From contig JBDLRP010000021.1 in the NCBI GenBank assembly GCA_039799905.1, positions 1 to 64,000 of the forward strand: DNA of 64,000 bases. Direction: 5' to 3'. Positions 9,149-19,755 of this stretch are shown here, one piece after another (positions within the stretch are counted from its first letter, which is position 1; each line of letters starts with the position of its first letter). The stretch comes from Pseudomonadota bacterium (GTDB taxonomy: Bacteria > Bdellovibrionota_B > Oligoflexia > Silvanigrellales > Silvanigrellaceae). Below the pieces are notes generated by a model that was not told the origin of the DNA, did not search any database, and saw only the letters and a list, made by a program, of their open reading frames with translations. The translations under genes and the position numbers were made by a program.

Positions 9149-10852
9149 TCATTTATATCGCGGATAAAAATGCGGATGCACAGCTGTTACCTTGTCGGAG
9201 CTCATTTGCTCTTTGGCAATTTTTCTTGAAATATCGTAGCCGGCATCCGCGTGACGGAAAACTCCCATCGCAGGATCAAAGCTCAACACCCGTTCGAGAC
9301 GGCGCGCAGCATCTGCGGTACCATCGGCCACAATCACCATGCCAGAATGCAGCGAGTAACCCATCCCGACACCACCGCCATGGTGAAAGCTGACCCAAGT
9401 CGCACCACTTGCGATATTGCCGAATGCGTTGAGCAGAGCCCAATCGGCAACCGCATCGGAGCCATCCTTCATAGCTTCGGTCTCGCGATTCGGTGACGCC
9501 ACGCTGCCACAATCCAGATGATCACGGCCAATCACAATCGGACACGAGAGCTCACCGCTTGCCACCATCTCGTTGAGCCTGAGACCAGCACGCGCGCGCT
9601 CACCATAATTCAGCCAAAGAATACGCGCAGGCAAGCCCTGAATCGAGACACGCTTGGGTGCATGCTCAAGCCAGCGTTGCACACCGGCATTGCCGGAAAA
9701 CATTTCGCGAAGAACAAGGTCGGCCTTGCGCAGGTCCTCGGGATCTCCCGACAGACACGCAAATCGGAACGGACCGCGCCCTTCGCAGAAAAGCGGGCGT
9801 ATGTATTCAGGAACGAAACCCGGAATGTCGAATGCATTTTCAACACCAACTTCCTTTGCCATCGCACGAATGTTGTTGCCGTAGTCGAACGTGGGAATGC
9901 CGCGTTGTTTCAACTGCAGAAGCGCGCGCACATGTGTTGCGATACTCATCATCGCATCGTGACGGACTTTCGCGGGCTGGGTTTTTCTCTCCGCAGCAAC
10001 ACGCTCAGTCGAGTAACCGACGGGAACATAACCAAACAGCGGGTCGTGCGCGGAGGTTTGATCCGTCACCAATGCAGGCGTGAAATCCGCACGCTTGATC
10101 ATTTCCGGGAGCAACTCGGCGGCATTGCCAATGATCGCGATACTTTTGGCAGCACCGGCACTCATGTGGCGGTGCAACGAAGCCATTGCATCGTCGACGG
10201 AATCATAAATTTCATCGAGATACCTGGTGCGCAGGCGCATTTCGGCACGGGAGCGGTCGACCTCGATTCCCAGAAAACAAGCGCCGGTCAAAACGGCAGC
10301 CAGTGGCTGCGCGCCACCCATGCCGCCCAGACCGCTCGAAAAAACGAATTTACCTTTTGCTTGACCCTGATAATGCTGACGAAAAGCTTCATAAAAAGTT
10401 TCGTATGTTCCCTGAACGATGCCCTGCGAGCCAATGTAGATCCAGCTGCCGGCGGTCATCTGCCCGTACATCATGAGACCCTGCTTCTCGAGCGCATCGA
10501 AGTGCTCCCAGTTCGCCCATCGGCCGACCAGATTGCTGTTGGCGAGAAGCACGCGGGGCGCATCTGCGTGTGTTTTTATACGGGCAACGGGCGCGCCACT
10601 TTGAATCAGCAACGACTCATCACTTTCCAAATCCTGCAACGCATCGGTAATACGGTTGAAGTCGTCCGGACTGCGGGCGGCTTTGCCGCGACCGCCGTAG
10701 ACAACCAACTCTTCAGGACGCTCTGCAACCTCTGCGTCAAGGTTGTTCAACAACATGCGTAAGGCAGCTTCCTGCAACCAGCCCTTTGTGTGCAGTTGTG
10801 CTCCAGTTGGTGCCGGTTGTCCTGCTTTAAATCTGTTCTTCATCAACGACAT
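9149..10852 (-). CDS. hutU: Urocanate hydratase
   Basis: [67 protein letters not shown]. Start taken at ATG 10852. Confidence 0.97.
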   Translation of the reverse strand: MSLMKNRFKAGQPAPTGAQLHTKGWLQEAALRMLLNNLDAEVAERPEELVVYGGRGKAARSPDDFNRITDALQDLESDESLLIQSGAPVARIKTHADAPRVLLANSNLVGRWANWEHFDALEKQGLMMYGQMTAGSWIYIGSQGIVQGTYETFYEAFRQHYQGQAKGKFVFSSGLGGMGGAQPLAAVLTGACFLGIEVDRSRAEMRLRTRYLDEIYDSVDDAMASLHRHMSAGAAKSIAIIGNAAELLPEMIKRADFTPALVTDQTSAHDPLFGYVPVGYSTERVAAERKTQPAKVRHDAMMSIATHVRALLQLKQRGIPTFDYGNNIRAMAKEVGVENAFDIPGFVPEYIRPLFCEGRGPFRFACLSGDPEDLRKADLVLREMFSGNAGVQRWLEHAPKRVSIQGLPARILWLNYGERARAGLRLNEMVASGELSCPIVIGRDHLDCGSVASPNRETEAMKDGSDAVADWALLNAFGNIASGATWVSFHHGGGVGMGYSLHSGMVIVADGTADAARRLERVLSFDPAMGVFRHADAGYDISRKIAKEQMSSDKVTAVHPHFYPRYK

Positions 10853-10925
10853 AACGGAACCCTTCTTGCTTGCGGTTGAAGCGGCTTTATGACACATCTT
10901 CCGCTTATGAAATGTTCGGAAATTA

Positions 10926-11819
10926 GTGCGCAAAACTTGGAGTTTTACAGTGAGCCCCGTTCGACAGACAGGCAATTGGACAGGTCCCAGCGATAACACT
11001 CGAAATTTGCCTACAGATTATTTCATTCCGACAGACCTGCAAGGGGACTTCGGGAGTATTCAGAATGTACTCTCTCCGATGCTCACTGAGGATCGGGTAA
11101 ATCGGTTGAAGGATGTTGCTGCCCGCCGGACTCGCTCGGTTATGCCGGTTTTTGAGAGCACACACCATAGCCACAATATCAGCGCCGTGTTGCGCACGGC
11201 AGATGCTTTTGGGTTTCAGGACGTTAGCTTTGTCTACCATCAACCTGAAATGAAATTCAGGGTCAGCGACAGTGTTGAACGAGGATCGAGCAGCTGGCTG
11301 CTGACAAGGCGGACGTCTTCAATCGAAACCTGTGCATCCATCCTCAAAGCATCGGGGTATAAGGTATTCTTGGTGTCTTTGCCGACTTTCGCCCGAACCT
11401 CAGAACACTATGAAAATAGGCTTCCCAGTTTTTCAGCCGAGCAAATCGGCAGTCCGGACTTCAATGCAATGGTTGGAAACTCCCGGATAGCCCTTGTTTC
11501 CGGCAACGAAAAGTTTGGCATCTCGTCCGACTGGAATAAATTCGCGGATGGCTATCTGCACGTGGGAATGTGTGGATTCGTGGAGTCACTCAACCTATCC
11601 GTATGCGCAGGCATACTTCTTCACGCACTCCAAAGCCGGTGGCAGACAACTGTCGACGTACACTCACTGACAGGCACAGAGCAGGCCTTGATTGTGGAAC
11701 ACTGGCTCGCGCGATCGTGTCAAAACGCGCGTCAAATCGTTGAACGCGAAAATCCCCGCTTGCTTCCTTGGTTTGAATTCGTACGTGGTGGAAGATTCTA
11801 CATGCCTTTTCCGCAATAA
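10926..11819 (+). CDS. SpoU/TrmH-family RNA methyltransferase
   Basis: [32 protein letters not shown]; start codon uncertain. Confidence 0.88.
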   Translation: MRKTWSFTVSPVRQTGNWTGPSDNTRNLPTDYFIPTDLQGDFGSIQNVLSPMLTEDRVNRLKDVAARRTRSVMPVFESTHHSHNISAVLRTADAFGFQDVSFVYHQPEMKFRVSDSVERGSSSWLLTRRTSSIETCASILKASGYKVFLVSLPTFARTSEHYENRLPSFSAEQIGSPDFNAMVGNSRIALVSGNEKFGISSDWNKFADGYLHVGMCGFVESLNLSVCAGILLHALQSRWQTTVDVHSLTGTEQALIVEHWLARSCQNARQIVERENPRLLPWFEFVRGGRFYMPFPQ

Positions 11820-11847
11820 GGCGGCCGGCCACGAGCGGACCAACAAA

Positions 11848-12987
11848 ATGAACTTTGAGAGCCTTGCACAAAGCGATCAATGCCAGCGTGCATCCGCGAC
11901 AAGTCACGTGATTGTTGCCGACGTGCGCTCATCCACAAAACTCACTCAGCTTGGTCGACAGCGTGACGTCAATCTTGTTGGTGCGGCGTGCATTGCGGCC
12001 GTCCGAAATTTATTTCCCATCGGCCAGGTTCCCTATGTCTTTGGTGGTGACGGAGCCACGTTTCTCGTTGAGAATGCTGACTTGAAAACCTGCCTCGACG
12101 CGCTGGTTTCCGTGCAGACGGCTGCCCGTCGGAATCTCAATATCAGCTTGCGGGTCGGTTCCGTTACAGTGAATGAAATCCGTGAACGCGGAGCAGACGT
12201 ACTTTTCGGTTCCATCAAGTCAGGTGACGAGGAACTCATGACGTTTCTGCGCGGTGACGGAGTTGCACTGGCTGATTCGATTGTAAAACAACGCGAAAAA
12301 GACTCTCCCGAAAATCTCAATAGCGCGGATGATGTTAATGCACCTTTAGAGGGTCTGGCCTGCCGGCTTCTTCCATTTAAAAACCGGCGTGGCGTCGTCA
12401 ACAGCTATATCATCGATCCGCTGGTGTCGGGCTCAGAGCAAGATCAAATTTTCATGGAATTATTCACCGTATTGAAAGGAAACCATAGCGTCGATCGTTT
12501 TTGCCCGATTCACAGCGATGGTGCGCAGCATAGGTGGTTGTCTCCACAAGTCCGATCCGAAGCTGCGCTGGTCAGGCCAAACAATAAACTGTCCACCAGA
12601 ATCAAATTCCTGTTTGATAAGATTGTCGCATCGATCATCACAAAATATGTTTTTGCCTTCGACAAGGAAAACGGTGTCACAGGCAAACCAAGCAGATACA
12701 TAGAAGAATTGCCGGAGCAGTCGGACTGGATCAAAGCCAACGGCTCTTTGTACCTGATTCTTGATATGAACAAAGATGAAGAACAATACTTCAACAACTG
12801 GCTGAGCGCGCGCGAAAAGGAAGGAAAGCTCAGATTCGGAGTTCATTCGTCAGACTCGGCGCTTGTGACCTGCCATCTGCACTCGTCAAATCAAAAACGG
12901 CACTTTCATTTTGTCGACAATAGCGACGGCGGACTGACAGTTGCAGCGACCATGCTGAAGGCGAAAAAATCTTCCACCGGAAGTTAA
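11848..12987 (+). CDS. DUF3095-family protein (class III nucleotide-cyclase-like N-terminus)
   Basis: VIVADVRSST, RDVNLVGAACI, FGGDGATF, LEGLACR, FGVH.SDSALVTC, HFHFVD..DGG. ATG at 11848. Confidence 0.75.
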   Translation: MNFESLAQSDQCQRASATSHVIVADVRSSTKLTQLGRQRDVNLVGAACIAAVRNLFPIGQVPYVFGGDGATFLVENADLKTCLDALVSVQTAARRNLNISLRVGSVTVNEIRERGADVLFGSIKSGDEELMTFLRGDGVALADSIVKQREKDSPENLNSADDVNAPLEGLACRLLPFKNRRGVVNSYIIDPLVSGSEQDQIFMELFTVLKGNHSVDRFCPIHSDGAQHRWLSPQVRSEAALVRPNNKLSTRIKFLFDKIVASIITKYVFAFDKENGVTGKPSRYIEELPEQSDWIKANGSLYLILDMNKDEEQYFNNWLSAREKEGKLRFGVHSSDSALVTCHLHSSNQKRHFHFVDNSDGGLTVAATMLKAKKSSTGS

Positions 12988-12988
12988 G

Positions 12989-13930
12989 CTAAAACCGCTT
13001 TTTCGGATAGAAGAACGACACTCCGGATTGAATGGAGCAAGAAGTTTGCAGTGTTTGGCAACCGTCCGAACACAACCTTGTTTGCGAAGGATTGCTGGAA
13101 TTCTGGCTGACGACAATCTCGATGTGACCATGTGTCGCATTGAAACCACAGACTCCGCGGTCCCACACGACAATCGTACCCTCAGGCAGGCATCCCCACG
13201 ATGACGGACGCAAGCGGACAAAGTTTGCGGCTTTCGAACTGTTCTCGACTCGTACAAAATCGGCCGCCGATTCTGTCGGCACACCGGCAGCAGACCATGC
13301 ACCCGCACCTTTGGGCATCAGACCGACGTTTTCAATCGCTATTCCGGCATATTCATAACAGCGACTCGTGAACGCCCCGATGTTGACTCTGTTGGCTTCC
13401 TGCGCAAGCTGACTTCCCAGTGCGAAATCCATTTCAGGTGGATGACCGCAACTGTCGTTTTTCGTGTCGCCTCCTGCGGACGGGCTCTGTTTCCAATGAT
13501 CGGTAAAAAGAAAACCGGCTTCAAGATTGCAGCCCGGCAGCTTCAACTGCAGTTCAACCTGCCAGTGCTTGTTGACTGGTGCCGACGGTGGTGATTTGAG
13601 GACAACCTGTGTGCCCTCTTCGATTTCACATTTTTGCGCCGCGTAGAGCTTCGCCGAATCTATTGCCTTGGTTTTCAGATACGTTTTCCGCAGAGCCGAG
13701 TAGAGCTGGTTGGGTGCAAATTGAGACCACTGCGGGGTCGAGGTCGGCAACGGAGCCGCAGGCTTCTCACCTCCCCTGATTTTTTTCACCGGACCGGAAG
13801 CTTGTTGGATGCATCCGGCTTGCTGCATCACAAAAGCAAAAATGCAGCACCACATCAAGCAACAAGCACGAACGTACTTTGAGCCCTTGCTCTGGACTGA
13901 AGGACGCTGCAATGTTGGTTTGAGGGTCAT
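12989..13930 (-). CDS. Secreted NlpC/P60-CHAP-like cysteine amidase (putative peptidoglycan hydrolase)
   Basis: SRCYEYA (Cys) ... PEGTIVVW ... HGHIEIV; hydrophobic N-terminal segment; GGAG RBS before ATG 13930. Confidence 0.65.
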   Translation of the reverse strand: MTLKPTLQRPSVQSKGSKYVRACCLMWCCIFAFVMQQAGCIQQASGPVKKIRGGEKPAAPLPTSTPQWSQFAPNQLYSALRKTYLKTKAIDSAKLYAAQKCEIEEGTQVVLKSPPSAPVNKHWQVELQLKLPGCNLEAGFLFTDHWKQSPSAGGDTKNDSCGHPPEMDFALGSQLAQEANRVNIGAFTSRCYEYAGIAIENVGLMPKGAGAWSAAGVPTESAADFVRVENSSKAANFVRLRPSSWGCLPEGTIVVWDRGVCGFNATHGHIEIVVSQNSSNPSQTRLCSDGCQTLQTSCSIQSGVSFFYPKKRF

Positions 13931-14028
13931 AGCCCGCTCCGGTTCGTTCTGCGGAAGGAATCGGTCGCGCGGACACAACCCTGCCGGCAGGCTTTGCCGA
14001 CCATCAACCCAATGGCGAAAGAATAACC

Positions 14029-15051
14029 ATGTTTCAGGAAAATCTCCGCTATCTGCGCATGGAATCGCAACTCCTCAAAGGGTTTCCGCTCGTCACGAAC
14101 ACCTCTCGAGTTGTGCCTGTGCTGTTGCCTGCCAACTATTCACCTAAACGTCGATATCCAACTATCTGGATGCTCGATGGTTACCTTGGAACCGGACGCA
14201 GCCTAATGAGCGAAAGTGGATTTTTGGGAGAATCGCTGGGTTCACAGCTTTTGCGTCTGATGCAGGAAGATGCACTGCCCGAATCCATTTTCGTTTTTCC
14301 TGACCCGACCACGCGCTTTGGCGGCAGCCAGTTTATTGATTCTGAAGTTTGCGGACCATTCATGCGTCACATAACGGAAGAGCTCATTCCCTTTATCGAC
14401 GCACAGTTTCCGACCATTGCCAGCAAAGACGGACGCGTCGTCTGCGGACACTCGAGTGGCGGTTACGGTGCGCTGATGATTTCGATGCTGCGGCCGCAGT
14501 TTTTTGGCTACTGCATTGCCTCGGCAGCCGACAGCGCGTTTGAACTCAGTATGGCCGGATCTTTTCCGACCGTGGCCATGAAACTCAAAAAATATGGCGG
14601 AGAAGAAGCATTTCTGAATTATTTTTTCTCGCAGCCGCGTCCCGAGAAATGCTCCAAAGATGATTTTCTGACCTTGATGACCATCGCAATGGGAACATGT
14701 TACAGCCCCGATCCTGCTCGCAAAGGAGTCTGGTGCCAACTCCCGTTTGATCCCGAGACCTGCATTATCAAAGATGAGATCTGGAATGAGTGGCTCAAAC
14801 ATGATCCGGTGCACATGGTACCGAATCATCTCAGGGAACTCAGTCAGCTGCGCTGGCTGCATCTGGACTGCGGCTCAGAAGACGAATTCAGTGCACAATT
14901 CGGACATCGCAGAATTGCGGCCACCCTCCGGCAAAACAACATCGAACACCTTTTGAGTGAATTTCAGGGTGGACACAGCGGAACCTCGTACCGATGGCAG
15001 TATCGCTTTACGGAACTCGCACCCTTCCTGCGGAGTTTTTCTGCGCGCTGA
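14029..15051 (+). CDS. Alpha/beta-hydrolase esterase (enterochelin esterase-like)
   Basis: VLLPANY..RRYPTIWMLDG, GHSSGG nucleophile elbow, DCG..DEF, GGH. Confidence 0.85.
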   Translation: MFQENLRYLRMESQLLKGFPLVTNTSRVVPVLLPANYSPKRRYPTIWMLDGYLGTGRSLMSESGFLGESLGSQLLRLMQEDALPESIFVFPDPTTRFGGSQFIDSEVCGPFMRHITEELIPFIDAQFPTIASKDGRVVCGHSSGGYGALMISMLRPQFFGYCIASAADSAFELSMAGSFPTVAMKLKKYGGEEAFLNYFFSQPRPEKCSKDDFLTLMTIAMGTCYSPDPARKGVWCQLPFDPETCIIKDEIWNEWLKHDPVHMVPNHLRELSQLRWLHLDCGSEDEFSAQFGHRRIAATLRQNNIEHLLSEFQGGHSGTSYRWQYRFTELAPFLRSFSAR

Positions 15052-15781
15052 CAACCTGCGGGCGGATTTTTCCCCAGCCCGTAAATCCTGCTGCGAGTCC
15101 GGCAAGGCCACCTAGGATATGCACGCGATCGCTGACGTTTTGTTCGAGCGAAAGCGGAAAAAACAAAACCAAAATAAAGCCGGCTGCACGCAGCACCCGT
15201 TTGCCGACTGTGAAACGAAAATCATTTTTGATGTAAAGTGCGGCCCAGAGTCCTGCCATGGCAAATACAGTTCCCGACAGGCCGATCACCTGCACCTGAG
15301 GCGGATAAGTGAGCACCGCAACAAAATTTGCAACGGCACCGGCAAGGACAGGAACAATGGGAAAGGCGAGCAAACCGAAATATCCCCAGAGAAGCCATCC
15401 CAAGCCGACGAACGGCAATAAATTATTCAGTAGATGCTTCGAATCGGCATGCTGAAATTGCGCAGAAAATACCCGCCACCAATCATAATCCAGAAACAGA
15501 AGGTTGCGGCTGACACCCAAGGGGGAAATTGCTCCCGACCAGACAAAAATTGATATCATTGCGACAATCGATGCGTAAAAGAGCGACGTTGTGAGTGTCT
15601 TGAGCGGTAAAACCCGCATCAGGAGCTTTGCTGCGTTGAGACTGTCCTGAGGAATGCGCACCCAAGGAGACTCGGATTTGTCGACTCGATATTCAAATGT
15701 GGCCTGATAAACCGAGCCCTTCAACACCAGCCCGAGCTGATGTTCGCCGGTTTCCTCTTCAAGATGCTTGGCGACCATCAC
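15008..15781 (-). CDS. Rhomboid-family intramembrane serine protease
   Basis: WWRVFSAQFQH...HLLNN, GLSG, VHILG; multiple TM segments. Confidence 0.88.
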   Translation of the reverse strand: MMVAKHLEEETGEHQLGLVLKGSVYQATFEYRVDKSESPWVRIPQDSLNAAKLLMRVLPLKTLTTSLFYASIVAMISIFVWSGAISPLGVSRNLLFLDYDWWRVFSAQFQHADSKHLLNNLLPFVGLGWLLWGYFGLLAFPIVPVLAGAVANFVAVLTYPPQVQVIGLSGTVFAMAGLWAALYIKNDFRFTVGKRVLRAAGFILVLFFPLSLEQNVSDRVHILGGLAGLAAGFTGWGKIRPQVVSAQKNSAGRVRVP

Positions 15782-17366
15782 TCACCCCGTTGAACCGCAG
15801 AATGAAATCGTCACGGTTACTGGTATTGCGCAAAGCTTCCTCGTAATCAACGATGCCTGCACGGACCATCTGGATGAGATGCTGATCGAACGTTCGCATG
15901 CCTTGATTGATACCTTGCGCGATAAAATCGCGCACAACAGACGGATGAGCGCCTTTGAGAAGACGCTCACGGATGGTCGCCGTATTGATCATGACTTCCT
16001 GTGCCGCGATCCGCCCATTGCGATCGGCCCTTTTGACCAAGCGCTGACTGATCACTCCACGCAGACAATCTGCAAGCTGAGCACGCACGACCGCTTCCTT
16101 ATCCTGTCCGGTCATACCGAGAATCCGCAGGATCGCATCTGCAGCATCATTTGTGTGCAAGGTACTCAGGACCAAGTGACCCGTTTCGGCGGCCTGCAGC
16201 GCAACCTCCATGGTCTCCGGGTCACGCAGCTCGCCGACCAAAATGACGTCAGGCGCCTGTCTCAACGCACTGCGGAGCGCCTCCGCATAACTGCGGGTAT
16301 CGAGTCCGAGTTCGCGCTGGTTAAACATGGAACGCTTATCATGATGCACAAATTCAATTGGATCTTCGATGGTGATGACGTGTGACGTTCGAGTGCTGTT
16401 AATATGATCCAACAAAGCTGCAAGTGTGGTTGATTTACCCGAACCCGTGGCGCCGGTCACAAGCACCAGTCCGCGTTTGTGCTCGACGAGCTGCTTGAGC
16501 TGAACGTCCATTTCAAGCTTTTCGACTGTAGGAATTTCGGTCGGAATAAGGCGTGCGACCAAGCCGAGCTCACCACATTGATGAAAAATGTTGACGCGAA
16601 TGCGCCCGCCGCGCTGGCTTTGAAAGCTGAAATCAACGTCATAAATATCGTCGAGGCGATCGCAGTGTGTGCGCGACAAAAGAACTGCGGCAAGTGTTTC
16701 CAAAAACGATGACTCCAGCCGGGGGCCGTTGCGGCTCGGAAAAAGTTCTCCATTCCAGCGAAACATCGGCACCTGACCACGCTTGAGAAGCAAGTCGCTT
16801 GCTCCCCCTTTAGCGGCACTGGCGATGAGGGTTTCAAAAAGTTCGAGCGCTTCCTTTCTTTGCGCATTGGAAGCATCAGCTCTGACTTTCTTTCGCTCCG
16901 TTTGCAGCAGTCCGCCGGACACTGCACTGAACTGGGCGTTTGTTCCCTGAGATGAGCCCACCGAGCTTGCATTCGTTGACCCGGAAGTCGGCTGTGGTGC
17001 GGGTTTAGCGGCTGTTTCAGATTGAGCCGGTCGAGTTACTGGAGCAACATCAACAACAGGCGCATTTGGCATACGCGGAGTTTCAGCAACGGGCGGCTTG
17101 GAGGCAGTTGGAATCTCGGCCATGGCCTGCTTTGCCGCAACTGCTGGTGCCGGCTGAGCAGTGGCAACTGGAACACTTTCAACTTCAAGTTCAATATGTG
17201 GTTGTGGCGGACGGATCTTCGCTGCAACAAGCGGAGCACTCGTATCGGGTTTGCCACCTTGCGAAGACTCAGAACCCGCCGCGGCTGCAGGGCTCTTTTG
17301 TTTGACCGGCGGACGATCGTCGAAAACCAAGTCGTCAGTCATTTCACTGAGCTCTATGCCAGACAT
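15759..17366 (-). CDS. PilT/PilU-family type IV pilus retraction ATPase with long disordered N-terminus
   Basis: GATGSGKSTT, ITIEDPIE, SALRQAPDVILVGELRD, AETGHLVLSTLHT, GMRTFDQ. Confidence 0.92.
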   Translation of the reverse strand: MSGIELSEMTDDLVFDDRPPVKQKSPAAAAGSESSQGGKPDTSAPLVAAKIRPPQPHIELEVESVPVATAQPAPAVAAKQAMAEIPTASKPPVAETPRMPNAPVVDVAPVTRPAQSETAAKPAPQPTSGSTNASSVGSSQGTNAQFSAVSGGLLQTERKKVRADASNAQRKEALELFETLIASAAKGGASDLLLKRGQVPMFRWNGELFPSRNGPRLESSFLETLAAVLLSRTHCDRLDDIYDVDFSFQSQRGGRIRVNIFHQCGELGLVARLIPTEIPTVEKLEMDVQLKQLVEHKRGLVLVTGATGSGKSTTLAALLDHINSTRTSHVITIEDPIEFVHHDKRSMFNQRELGLDTRSYAEALRSALRQAPDVILVGELRDPETMEVALQAAETGHLVLSTLHTNDAADAILRILGMTGQDKEAVVRAQLADCLRGVISQRLVKRADRNGRIAAQEVMINTATIRERLLKGAHPSVVRDFIAQGINQGMRTFDQHLIQMVRAGIVDYEEALRNTSNRDDFILRFNGVSDGRQAS

Positions 17367-17424
17367 TTGGCGCGCCTCCCCAACACGCGGATCTTCGGAA
17401 TAAATCCAAAAATCTGAAGAGCGC

Positions 17425-17451
17425 TTAAGAGATTTTTTATCCTGACGATAA
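17425..17451 (+). promoter_or_regulatory. sigma28-like promoter
   Basis: TTAA-N15-GACGATAA, 25 bp before the HD-GYP start. Confidence 0.5.
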
Positions 17452-17476
17452 CCCTTGTAATTAGAGGAGGACTGCC

Positions 17477-18514
17477 ATGAGCAACGTCGAGAACGCATTT
17501 TCCTTGCGTGAAGAGGACCTCATCGCAATTCCCATTGAGTCACTCAAGGTGAACACCCCCATAAATTTCGACCTTTACGCTTCCGTCACGAACAACTCGA
17601 CGGGAGTAAAGCACACCTCAGATATAGTATTGTTTGCGAGCGCCCCTTCCAGCTGGAACACCTGTGAACCGTCGCTCTTAAAACGCTGCGGAATATCGTC
17701 CTTTTTTATCAGACCCAGCGACGAAGGCCGGTACAAATCCTACCTGGCAGCCAACAGCGCACAGCGGACGGTCGACCACAGCGGCACTCCGGAGTTCCGC
17801 ATCTCGCAGATTCAAGACATTGGCTCCCACCTGATGGAAGTCTGTTTTCATACTGGGATGGACAATTTGGCTCTGGCCCGCCTGCAGAACGTAGCCGACG
17901 ACATCGTTCATTGTCTGGAAGATGATCCACGCGCAGTCATTCATATTCAAAGCCTTGTCGACCACGACATGTATACCTATTTCCACTCCACTGGAGTTGG
18001 GATTCTCTCTGTCGCGATGGCCAAAGCGATTGGTGAGACACGTGCCGATGTCCTGCGCGGATTCGCCCTCGGCGGCTTGTTGCACGACATCGGCAAACGC
18101 CAAACGCCGTTGCATGTGCTCAACAAAAACGGACCGTTGATTGAAAGCGAATGGGAACTCATGAAACGCCATCCCGAAGACGGATTCAATGCGGTCAATA
18201 ATCTTGGCGTCCCCAAGATGGTCAGTGACATCATTCTTTATCATCATGAAAAACTTGATGGTTCAGGCTATCCGCACAAGCTCAAAGGGAATGATATCCC
18301 GATGGCCGCTCAACTTGTCTGCATTGCCGATATCTTCAACGCACTCACAACAACGCGCAGCTATCATCGGAAGCGTTCACGCTTTGAAGCTTTAATGCTG
18401 ATGAAGCACGAAATGGACGGAAAACTTTGGCGTGATGGCTTCAAAGCTCTGATCACAGCGCTGACCCAGAACGACGACGCCGACAGTGAGGAAGTGAAGT
18501 CTATCCGATTCTAA
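17477..18514 (+). CDS. HD-GYP domain cyclic di-nucleotide phosphodiesterase
   Basis: YTYFHS, LLHDIGK, HHEKLDGSGYP, IADIFNALTT.R.Y; GAGGAGG RBS. Confidence 0.92.
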   Translation: MSNVENAFSLREEDLIAIPIESLKVNTPINFDLYASVTNNSTGVKHTSDIVLFASAPSSWNTCEPSLLKRCGISSFFIRPSDEGRYKSYLAANSAQRTVDHSGTPEFRISQIQDIGSHLMEVCFHTGMDNLALARLQNVADDIVHCLEDDPRAVIHIQSLVDHDMYTYFHSTGVGILSVAMAKAIGETRADVLRGFALGGLLHDIGKRQTPLHVLNKNGPLIESEWELMKRHPEDGFNAVNNLGVPKMVSDIILYHHEKLDGSGYPHKLKGNDIPMAAQLVCIADIFNALTTTRSYHRKRSRFEALMLMKHEMDGKLWRDGFKALITALTQNDDADSEEVKSIRF

Positions 18515-18817
18515 TCACTCTCCGCCTGAATCATTGCCGCTGCCGAGCAACTGATCGACCGGTGTATCGACACTTTTTTTCTTATTGCAGTCGGCACAGC
18601 AAGGGACCACATTTCCGGCGGAAGTTGTTCCGCCACGAGCGATTGGCACGATGTGGTCCATGGTGAGTTCTTTGAAAGTAAACTTGCGATGACAGTAGTG
18701 ACACAATCCGCTGGACGTTTTTTGCTGCCACCAGCGGCTCTTTTTGGCCTCACGCACCTTTGCGCGCTCACGCCGGATATGTTCTTCGTCTGCAAAGAGA
18801 TATGAATTTAAGTCCAT
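18515..18817 (-). CDS. Small HNH endonuclease family protein
   Basis: CHYC...TMDHIVPIARGG...NVVPCCADCN. Confidence 0.9.
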   Translation of the reverse strand: MDLNSYLFADEEHIRRERAKVREAKKSRWWQQKTSSGLCHYCHRKFTFKELTMDHIVPIARGGTTSAGNVVPCCADCNKKKSVDTPVDQLLGSGNDSGGE

Positions 18818-18828
18818 GCCGCATATCT

Positions 18829-19599
18829 TTAGTTTTTTGTGAGGAAAGCGGCAAGGTTCATACTCAACTTGTCAGGCAAGAGAACAGATGCCGCGGCGAG
18901 GGCCTTGTTGGATGCACCCAGCACGATTCGCGCATCGCCACGCGCAATCCCTTCCAATGCCTCACTCACAGCTGCCGAGGTCTTCATCATGCCTATTTTG
19001 AGCTTATCGGCGCTGCCAGCCACTTCAAAAAACTCTGTTTCCGTGGGTCCAGGACACACAGCACATGCCCTGACTCCGGTTCCGCGCAACTCGAAAGCGA
19101 GCGCCTCGGTGAAATCGCGGACGAACTTTTTGGAAGCTGCGTAAACAGCGAAATTTGGAATCGCAATAAAAGATGCTGTCGAGGCAATGTTGACCACCGT
19201 CCCAAAGCCGGCGGTCTTAAAAGCAGGAACTGCATAGTACGTGAGCTCAACCAATGCTTTTATATTGAGCTCTACCTGACCCAACTGGTATTCGAGTGGT
19301 ATGTCCGTAAATTTTCCAATCTTACCAAATCCGGCGTTGTTGATGAGCAAATCAACGCCCGTGCTCTCGATAACAGTTTTGAGCCGAGCTCTGTCGGATG
19401 CCTTCTCGAGATCGCAAGAGATGCTTTCGGCCATAACCCCCATCTGGCGGATTTGATCGGCAAGCTCTGTGAGCTTCTCTTTCCTTCTGGCTACGAGAAC
19501 GACGTCTGTACCCTGCTTGGCGATTTGCAAGGCAAACTCGCGTCCAAGTCCGGCGGATGCACCTGTAATCAGTGCCTTCTTGTGATTTGCGAACGTCAT
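18829..19599 (-). CDS. Short-chain dehydrogenase/reductase
   Basis: TGASAGLG, NNAGFG, NIAS, YAASK; AGGAG RBS before ATG 19599. Confidence 0.92.
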   Translation of the reverse strand: MTFANHKKALITGASAGLGREFALQIAKQGTDVVLVARRKEKLTELADQIRQMGVMAESISCDLEKASDRARLKTVIESTGVDLLINNAGFGKIGKFTDIPLEYQLGQVELNIKALVELTYYAVPAFKTAGFGTVVNIASTASFIAIPNFAVYAASKKFVRDFTEALAFELRGTGVRACAVCPGPTETEFFEVAGSADKLKIGMMKTSAAVSEALEGIARGDARIVLGASNKALAAASVLLPDKLSMNLAAFLTKN

Positions 19600-19686
19600 G
19601 TCGAGCCACTCCTGCTGCGTCCGTCCGCTCAGGCGGGGGACCGCTTTATTGTTCATGGAATACTGTTCGCGCTTCAAGCTGAAGAG

Positions 19687-19715
19687 AAAAAAAAATGGCG
19701 GCCTTACGGCCGCCA
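19687..19715 (-). terminator. Rho-independent terminator
   Basis: Minus strand TGGCGGCC-gtaa-GGCCGCCA followed by a T9 run, about 40 bp after the stop of the 19756-21300 gene. Confidence 0.85.
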
Positions 19716-19755
19716 AGTGTGTAGCTCCAAAGAGGGTCCGCTTAGGACCTCAGTT

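Noticed and set aside
9518..10762. 414-aa ORF antisense to hutU
   Set aside because: Shadow frame of a highly conserved gene; no recognisable motifs.
18515..18817. HNH protein as a mobile or defence element
   Set aside because: Small standalone HNH with no methyltransferase, intron, repeats or other defence genes nearby.
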